From: Macrostomum hystrix
Taxonomy: Eukaryota; Animalia; Platyhelminthes
Direction: 5' to 3'
Assembly: GCA_950097015.1 (NCBI GenBank)
Contig: CATNEN010000001.1
Span: forward strand, 8,680,001-8,744,000
Length of the DNA: 64,000 nt
The first letter of the stretch is position 1; every line of letters begins with the position of its first letter. Positions 36,301 to 45,700 of this stretch are shown piece by piece. A program made the position numbers and the translations under genes. Below the pieces are notes generated by a model that saw nothing but the letters and a program-made list of their open reading frames with translations, made no database searches and had not been told where the DNA came from.

Positions 36301-37187
36301 CCGCCTGTCCGACAACGATGGACAGTTTTGTGCCGTTGGTTAGGCTAGCGTTCCCAGCAACCAGAGCTCCTCTGCCACCGAACTTGGCGCTGCTCACAAT
36401 TGTGTTATCGCCACCCTTGGCACCAGCGACCTCGATGCGGTAACAGCCGGTTACATTGATTGTCGTCTGCTGGATGGAGCCCAACTGACCAGTCTGAGTG
36501 TCTAAAGTTTAAACAGAGTAACATTGTCTTTTTTGTTATTTTCTGAAAGCAAAACCGTAGAGAAATATTAGATATTTCGAATAGGATAATGCACAATTTG
36601 AAAAGCCTTGAGTTTTTACTTGTAAAATTTCGACTGATATTGATTGTTGTTGATGAATAACTCATTGGATCTTTTGACTCATCGATCCTCACAACCACAG
36701 CGCCTGCTTGCTCCAGAAACAGTATTCGCTCAACGTACTCTGATGGTCCCGGCACTGCAGAAGAAAATTTGGCAATCTGGCACAGACCGCTTCTTTCAAA
36801 GAACGCTGCAGCGGTGCATGTCTTCAGCCGGCACAGCATCACACATGCCTGCAGTGATGCAATGCCACTGATGTTGAAAACCTCACTGGTCGCTCTGGTC
36901 ATAAGTTGGCTAGTGTCCATGACATAGCGAGCGACGCTGCACTGATCTGGTAAAATTTCAGTGTAATTTGGTTACCTTTATCATGTAGTATATTATAATT
37001 TACGCCTTTAAAAGTAAATTTGCAACCAACAGCACATTTGGCTTTTTGGCTGCGTACGACTGTTCAGTCCATGGACTGAGGTACTAATCAATTAGGTCTA
37101 TTGTTGATACTTACTTGAACCAGCACTTGCAAAACACAAGACGACGAATAATATATTAGTTTCTGCACAAAAAAGTGTCGCTAACAT
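33336..37187 (-). CDS. Secreted PAN/Apple-like + ALK/LTK-type glycine-rich protein C (404 aa)
   Basis: Exons 37187-37115, 36946-36620, 36501-36175, 34559-34507 and 33770-33336; same structure as genes A and B. Confidence 0.85.
35161..36125 (-). mobile_element. Mariner transposase pseudogene in intron 3 of gene C
   Basis: Broken frames contain SGRP, RWVPHHL, LLHDNASSH and HPPYSPDLSPCDFDLFPKLK. Terminal TA-CGAGGGTCATCCCAAAAG at 35161. Confidence 0.9.
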
Positions 37188-37287
37188 TCTAGGAATGGTG
37201 AGAAATTATATTTTTCCACTTCTCAACAGAATTGCGAACCGATGGGTTTTAAAAAGTTAAAATTAAAATTGTCAGCCAGGCGTTGTA

Positions 37288-37493
37288 TTTGAGTCAAACT
37301 TTGGAGTGTCCCTTGTGTTTTTACTGCTCTTATTTTTAATACCTTTGCTTTCCCTTCCCAGCTCGATATTTGATTCCTACTTAACTTCGCTTTGAGTCAA
37401 ACTTTGGAGCGTCCCTTGTGTTTTTACTGCTCTTATTTTTAATACCTTTGCTTTCCCTTCCCAGCTCGATATTTGATTCCTACTTAACTTCGC
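37288..37493. repeat. Tandem duplication of a ~103-bp unit upstream of gene C
   Basis: TTTGAGTCAAACTTTGGAG...TTAACTTCGC occurs twice head to tail, almost identical. Confidence 0.9.
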
Positions 37494-38079
37494 TTTTTAT
37501 GTTGCTTTTCGTTGTTCATTTAAATGTGTTGTTAAAAAATATATATATAAAAAAATCAGCACCCATAGATGGCGTGCGCGTTTTAATAATAATAATAATA
37601 ATAAAAATAAGTTTTTGTCCATTGAAGCATTGAACCGAAGTTTGAATTCTCATCGATTGCTGAAGCGGCCTCATCGCATGCATTGTCTATTTTGTCACTG
37701 AGTTCAGCTCTCCTTCTTCCTCCTCCTCTTGCAGATTTCTCTGGCTAATTTTTCTAAAATTTTGAGCTCACTAAAAGCGACTTTTTGTTAAACTGAAGCA
37801 GTCTGAAATGTCCCAACTTTGATGTTTACGAATACGAATAAGACAATTTTCGAAAGTTTCCGAGCTTAAAAAGCCCTACAGAATTTCAGAATATCCACCT
37901 ATCTATCCTGACTCCTATGTAGCTGGTAAGTGGGATAAATTGCGTAACAGATCCCAGGCATTTTTTAGGAGCACAAGCTATGCGTACACCTTTGCAATTC
38001 AATGTTTTCAATGTCACCGGAAACGTTTTTTGAATCAACTGCAGGCAGTGAAAATGGATAAAATTTCACGTTACTCAAT

Positions 38080-38983
38080 TGTAGATTGGCTGGCCAATCG
38101 GTGTTAGCAGGGGCCGGGGGTTGTTTGTGCTCTGGCTGTGGGGTGGGTGAGCTGCGGCTTTGGTCGGGGGTGGGTGGCCGTGTGTGGCCCCCTTTTAGCC
38201 CCGCGCGCCGTGCTGTCCTCGCTTGCCCTCTTCGCGTCTGCCCTGATCGACCTAGCGGTTAAGAGCGCGAAGCGAACGAGCAGCCACTCGGTCAGGCAGC
38301 GAGACCCAATCACCCCAGCAATGCTGATCTCGCTCGTGAACCAGGTGAACCTAGAAGATCCTGCAGATGCCGCCTTTTGGGCTGCCGTGCTGTGCTGCTT
38401 CTGGGCGCTGCTCAGGAAAGCGAATGTGTGCGGGCGTCACGCTATCCTAGCCAGCGACGCTCGCCCCGATAGTCGGTGCTCGAGACTCCGGGTGCGACAG
38501 TCTAAGACAAACCAGAGCGGCGAAGACTACCAAGAGGCGAGGCTGTCCTGCCGATGCGGAGACCACCCGCTTTGTCCTGTGCGGGCCCTGCGGCGGCACC
38601 TTAAGATCAACAAGCTGAGGTCAGCGCCGGAGCATACCCGGCTGTTCTGCGTCAGCACCCCTGTTTTCTGGCGCCCGCTGACAGGGCATCAATTCGATCG
38701 TCGCCTCGCTCGAGCCTTGGCGGATGCGGGCTGGTCGGCGACCACCTTCTCAGGACACTCTTTACGGCGGGGCGGTGCCTGCCTAGCTTTCGACAGCGGC
38801 CTCGACATGGAGCAGATCAAGCGGCTCGAGTGTAGATTGGCTGGCCAATCGCTGTTAGCAGGGGCCGGGGGTTGTTTGTGCTCTGGCTGTCGGGAGGGTG
38901 CGCTGCGGCTTTAGTCGGGGGTGGGTGGCCGTGTGTGGCCCCCTTTTAGCCACGCGCGCCGTGCTGTCCTCGCTTGCCCTCTT
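38080..38983 (+). mobile_element. DIRS/Ngaro-type tyrosine recombinase fragment between ~150-bp direct repeats
   Basis: FWALLRKANV, SKTNQ, LCPVRAL and GHSLRRGGA motifs. The ORF is cut after IKRL, before the catalytic Tyr region. Direct repeats at 38080-38232 and 38831-38983. Confidence 0.8.
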
Positions 38984-39720
38984 GCCTCGCTCGCCTTGAG
39001 TTTTTTTCTGTTTTTACCCCCCCCCCAAGAATAAAAGTCGCGTCATATTCTTTAATCTTTTTTTACAATTATACTCCCTTCGTTGCCCACTTCTAGGGCA
39101 GTCGGATAAGTTTTCTTTCGCTGCATCCGCTGTGTTCCGCCTTTCTACCTCTCTCCGGCCGACCCCGCTAGTAGTACTTTTAGCTTTTGAAAGCCATTTG
39201 ATTTTATTTATTGCAGCCGTTAGCAAGTTCAGAAACAAGTCACTGCAGCTATGACAGATGATTTCTAGTAATGAGGTTCAGTTTACGAAAAATAGGAACC
39301 TGACGAGTCTCACTGTCAAATGTGAAAATATTCTTTCAAATCTTCTTGTCGATCTGACATTTTGGCCTCAAAAAGTCTTGTTGGGCTGTATATAACACTG
39401 TTTAATATGTAGTTGCGGCAAAAAAAATCGATAGGGTACCAGGCTTTTAATGCCTTTGTGCATCCCTGAGTATGCTTTTTCTGCAGAGCTAGTTGTGAAG
39501 CGTCTTTACGAGGTGGGTATTGAAGGCAGGGCAAGCGTTGTCTCTAGACGCAATGGAGAGGTAACATTGGTTAACTTAAAAATTGCCTTTGCTTGCTGTT
39601 TGCGTAGAGTCTAGTTGAATGTTTTTCCTGAAACGCAAGAATAAAATGGGGCAAAAATGACTTTCTTTCAGGGCAGAAACTTTTCTAAAAAATTTTAGGC
39701 GGCAAAATATTTCTAGAAGA

Positions 39721-42700
39721 ATGCCTGCCGTGGGAGTCAGCAAGCGATTGTTGCTTGCCATTGCAGCTTGCTGCACCGTTAATGTCACAGGTAAAACATT
39801 ATATCATTATATAGTTTATATCTTCTAGCTCGCTTGTTGAAACACACACAACAAAACATTAATTTTGCTACAGTTGCCTGCCGTGAAAACAGATACATTC
39901 AACACAATGGTCCTCTATTTATCAATGAAACTGTCAAAAGTGAACTGCTGAACGTCAGCGGCGTGGCATCGGTGAAGGACTGTGTGATGTTGTGTCGGTT
40001 GAAGTTTGGCGCTGCGGTTGTGTTCTGGAACAGCACCGGTCTGTGCCAGATGATGCTGATCTACCCGATGACTGCGTTTTCCGATGACGGCAGCAGAATC
40101 TATGCCAGTCGACTGTGGCAGTTCATGGGGTCTGAGGTTGACCCAGTGGTGATGAAGCTGGAAGGTTTTGATGATCTGATGAATCTCTCAACGACTTTTA
40201 ACACCATCAGAGCACTAACTAGTAAGTCTTAACTACTATTTATGAACTTCATCGTTCGCATTTGTTTACTGTTGTTCACATCGCTCGCACCGGCGGGACA
40301 CAGTGCCTGTGAGGTATGAGTCAGTCCAGGCCCACGGGCTTTGGTCTGCGATGCCTCACACCTGCAGCCGTTTTTTGAGCAGGCCTGGCAGGAAGGAGAC
40401 CTGTACCTTCGGGTGCAGGAATCCCTCCAACGCTGTCCCGTCAGCTGACCCATGGGTACACGTCCCGCGAGTGTTCAAGGCTGACCCTAGGGCAGCCGGA
40501 CAGAATGGGCAACAGCGCTGGATGACCCATCCAGGGCCTCCGGCCAAACTGGGTACCTCTAGCCCCGGCTGGAGGGAAAGGTGTCACCCTTTGACCTTAA
40601 CAGGGTATGTGGCTTGTCCGCAATTTTCGTGCACCTGTGCGTGATCAGGTACCTCTGGCTACGGCCCTGAGGGACAGGTGTCACCCTTTGACCTTAACAG
40701 GGTTTGCGGCCAGCCCGCAGGCCTCGGCGCCGGCTCAATGGCACCCTCCAATGTCCCAGTGTTGACCGTGCTGATGGACGCTTGGCCAGGGAGTAGTCTG
40801 GTCTCTTACGGTTCCTCCCGGTGGTCCTGGCATCCCACCCCGGGTTGTAACTTGTCTTTTTTGGCTGCCCCCGCTCAGTTTTGGGATCGCGGCTGAGCGG
40901 GTTATTCCTGCCTGTGTCTACAGGAAGCCCCTCTCTTCATTGCAGCATTCAATGGCTTCTAGCCCTTCAACTGCTCCGGCCGAGGACACCATGGTGCCTG
41001 AGGCCATACACGCTGCGGCGCCCGGGCTAGCTGGCCCCGCGACCGCCACAAATGCCGCGCTGCCCAACTCGCGCGATGACCGGGGCGCTAAGCGCTCCAC
41101 CACCTCTGGAGCGGCAAAACGCCGTAGGCGCATGCTGGCCCACGGCACGTCGGCTCCATTGACCAAGGACCAGGCCCAGGCCAGAGGGGCCGAAGGGGCT
41201 CTGCCTAGGGCGGGGGCTGGGGCGGGGGGCCTTGTGCCTCCTGCCCAGGCTCCTGCACGGGGCGGAGCCCACGACGCCCCGAGGCCAGGGTCGCGGGCCA
41301 AGGAGGGCCCGGCGCCCATCCGGACGGCTGCCCGGCCCGAAGGAGAAGCGGAGGCGGAGGGCCCTGTGCCCACCGCCGACGCAGATCCCGAGGGTGGGGA
41401 CGCCACCGGACAGGGCCCGGGACCACAAGCTACCTACGCCGCCATCGCACGTAGGCAACCTGCCGTCATCATCACCGGCAGAGACGGGAAAAGGCTGAGC
41501 AGCGAACAGCTCAGCGACATTTGCCGCAACATAGATGCTATGTTGTGGCAACTTCAACTGAAGGGCGAGCCCCTGGCGGTCGGCGCAAGCGCTACCAGGG
41601 AATCGTGCTTCGTCGTCTGGCCCGGCGATGCGGAATCGGGGCGGCGGCTCCTCGAGTTGCTGCCCACGCAGAGCTGGGCGGCTGGCCTCGAGTTCCTACG
41701 GGAGAACGAGCCACCAAAGACCAAGCGACACCGTATCTTCGTCCCGGCGAAAAGTGTCGTCACCAGCGCTGAGGACCTCCGCAGGGGCCTCATCGCGATG
41801 AACCGGGAGCTGCCGACAGCGGGCCTGATCGTGCACCGCACGATCCTGCGCCCCGACGGCACCGGTTTCACCGCCATTCTGGGCCTGTCCGAGCAATGGA
41901 CACGCCGCTACCCAGATGGCGCCAACATTTGCATTGGTCTGTGGAAGACCAAAATCTTCGCCTTCGAGGCGGATAAAACCCGAGGTCAGACCGGGCCCAC
42001 CACCGTACCGGCCAATGAAGGGTCCTCGGACCCCAAGGCTGGGACTGGGGGCAGGGCCCAGTCGTCCCGCCAAAAAAGGCCAGAGCGTGCCATCGCTGGC
42101 GGCTCTGAGCGTCGCCCCGCGCGTGTCACAAAGCGCCGGGGCCTTCTCCAGCGGGCCTCCGAGGTGGTGCGAACCGCCAAGATGGCCCAGCTGCGCGCTG
42201 AGATGCGCGGTGGCCCACCGGGGCAGGCGCCGCAACCAAGGGCTACGGGGGAGGCCTCAGAGGTGCCCAGCTCCATCGAGCAGGGCCCTTCGAGCGCCCC
42301 TCCCACGGCCCAGGGAGCGGTGTCGGCTCCAGTTGAGGGCGACTCTGGGCCTGGGCTCGGGGCCGGGGGCGGGGACTGGGCGGCTGACGCCGTCGAGTTC
42401 CCGTCTCCGGCTCGGGGCCTGGGCACGGAGGAGCCCATGGCTACCGACATCGACCCGGAGGAGGAGGACCGCCTTCTGGCTGGGTCCCCCTCCAAGTAGA
42501 CCTCTGCCTGCATGATGATCCACGGAATATCATGTCTGCAAGTTAACACCCAGCACTGCGTGGCAGCATCAGTCAATCTGATGCGCACGACAGAGCGCAT
42601 GATGCCGGGCCTTGTACTTGTGCAGGAGCCCTGGCTATCAAAGAACAAGCCAAGCAACATTCCTGCTGGCTATGACTGCTTCTGCATGGCAGACTCTGTC

Positions 42701-45700
42701 CGCCCTAGATCACTGATCTATGCCGCAAAAGCCTTAAATGCGTGGATGAGACCCGATCTCTCTAACGGGGACATCTGCGTCATCCAATCTGCACACATTG
42801 TGCCTAACAAGTTGACCCTCGTGGCATCCGCCTACCTGGCAGGCGACGCCCCCGTGGTTAGCGATACCCTCGTCGCCCTCTGTGAATTCGCCAGGGCACG
42901 AAACTTCGAGCTGCTCCTCGCGGGAGATGTAAACTCGCATCACACCCACTGGGGTAGCTCAAAAATCAATGACCGCGGCGAAGAGCTCCTGGCCTTCGTC
43001 AGCGGCACGCCTCTTAACTTCTGCAATGTGGGCAACACGCCCACTTTCGACAATGGGCGGTGGGCTGAGGTGCTTGACGTCACCCTGGCCTCACCCGGCA
43101 TCCTCCCAAGGGTGCTGGGGTGGGAGGTGTGGGAGACCGAAAGCTCGCTCTCGGACCACCGTTTCATCCGTTTCAACATCGGCACCCCCGATAAGAAGCA
43201 AAAGCCTATTTGGAGGCGTAATGTCAGAAATACCGACTGGCCCGCGTTCAGCCAAAAGCTGCATGAGGGCCTTCGGGATTCTGACCCCTCCATGGCCATG
43301 GAAACCACGCAGGACCTGGATGGAGTGGCTGCCCTGCTGGGCGGCGCCATCACAGAGGCCTACGAAATGGCTTGCCCGCTCAAAGCCTACAAAGGCAAAA
43401 AATCGGCCCCCTGGTGGAACCCCGAGCTCGGAATCCTAAGACGCCGAGCTAAGGCTCTCCAGAGGAAGCTGAAAACCTCGCACGACCCTGATGACAAAGA
43501 GGCCTATACTCGCGCCATCCATGAGTTTAAGGGCCGGGTCAGAAGGGCAAAAGCGAACAAGTGGCGACAATACTGCGAAGGGCTTGAGGGCTCGCGGCCC
43601 ACGGCCCGCGTGGTAAAGGCGCTCACCAACGACCGCTTCTCCAAGCTCTCATCGATTAAAAAGCCGGACGGCTCGATCACTGAGCGCCCGGAGGAAACGC
43701 TCGAGCTTATGCTAGGGCATTTCTTCCCGAGTGTACCGGCGCACTTCGGCCCAGACGACCACTCGCGTGGAGGTCAGGGCCTGGCTCAGTCACTCGTTAC
43801 GAATGACCGCATCGTTCGCGCGGCTAAGTCATTCAATCCTTTTAAAGCACCTGGGCCAGATGGTATATATCCGGCCTTTCTGCATGAAGCGGTTAAAAAT
43901 GGCCGCTTCCTCCATCTCCTCTGCAGACTTCTACGGGCCTGCATCGTGCTGGGCTACGTACCAGCGCGGTGGCATGAAGCCCGGGTCGTCTTCATCCCGA
44001 AGCCCGCCAAAGGCGACTATCGCTCGGTCAAGTCTTATCGCCCGATAAGCTTGACTTCCACCTGCCTCAAGCTCATGGAAAGACTGGTGCTCTGGCGCCT
44101 TCTTACTGTAGAGCTAGGGCGGGCCCCGCTCTCACCAAACCAGCACGCCTTTCGGGCGGGCCGGTCCACGGAGAGCGCCCTCCACTGCATTGTGGAGACT
44201 CTCGAGAAGGCAGTGCTGGGCAGCGGTTTTGCCCTGGCTGTTTTCCTTGATATTGAGGGGGCCTTCGATAACGTTATTTTCGAAGCCTTTGAGAAGGCCC
44301 TGGTTTCCAGGGCCACTCACCCCCACCTCGTCCGTTGGGTCATGTACATGATCCGGAATCGCCACGTGGTGGCCCACCTCGAAGGCAGGGTGCTCTCGGC
44401 ACCTGTCCTAAAAGGAGGGCCCCAAGGTGGCGTCCTCACCCCACTGCTGTGGAATCTCGTCATGGATGAGCTGCTAAAAAGCACTCGGCCTGACCCAGTC
44501 CTGAAGGTGGGATATGCCGACGATGTGACCGCCATCTGCGCGGGCCCCTCGGCGGAAACCACCAGGGACCTCATTCAGGGCTTTATCAACAGGGCGGTGC
44601 GCTGGGCGGACCAATGCGGGCTCCGACTCTCTGAGTCCAAGACCGTTGCGGTTATGTTTACCAGCAGGCTGCGCTGGACCATTGAGCCTCTGACTCTCTA
44701 TGGCAAGAATATTGCCATGGAAAAGCAGGTCCGGTGCCTTGGTATCCTGCTAGACCATAGGCTTAACTGGACCCCGCACATTACCACAAAGGCCAAGAGG
44801 GCCCTGGCCATTCTGGCGCAAGTCAGGCGAGCCGTGGGCACCACTTGGGGGCTAACCCCCAAAAACCTTTGGTGGATTTACACGGCGATCATTAGACCGT
44901 CAGTCGCTTACGCTGGCCTCATCTGGGCCAGTGCCATGAGCATCCAGAAAAACCTGGAGGCGCTTTATAGGGTGCAGGGCAGAGCCTGTCGCATGACGCT
45001 GGGCGCCCCACCCTCCACTCCCTTTGAAGGCATGAACGCTTTCCTCAACGCTACACCCATTGACATTTTTGTTAAGGGGGAAGCGGCAAAGTCCACCCGT
45101 CGTCTCCTTGATGCGGGTGTATCCTTCCAGAATTCGCGAGCCTTCTCGAAGCGCTCCCTTCTGCCCCACTCTGACCTCTGCCTGAAAACTCTGGGCGAGT
45201 GCGGAGGGCTCACCATCCTTTCGGACGGGGCCCCGGCCACTTTACTCCGGAGCCACAGGTACAAAGTCAGCATCTTCCCTCGTAATGAGGTAAAGGACTG
45301 CTGGGATGACCCCGCAGTCCACTGTTACACTGACGGCTCCCTGATGAACGGTAAATCGGGATTCGGGGTGTGCGTCGCCTCGGGTGGCGAGGTCCTCTGG
45401 ACCCACTCCCAACACTGTGGCAAGAGCTCAAGCGTTTTCCAAAACGAAATGCTCGCCATCAGTTTCTGTGCGGCTGAGCTGCGCCAGAGGCAGCTGGCTG
45501 GTCGGAGGATCTTTTTTCACTCCGACAGTCAAGCAGCCCTCAAGGCCCTCAGTCGCTGCACCTCTCGCTCCAGAACCACCTTGGACTGCAACACCCAGTT
45601 AAACGGTTTGGCGCAGTCTAACAAGGTGGAGCTGATGTGGATCCCTGGGCACGCCGGGCTCACAGGGAATGAGATGGCGGACGAGCTTGCAAAGGCTGGA

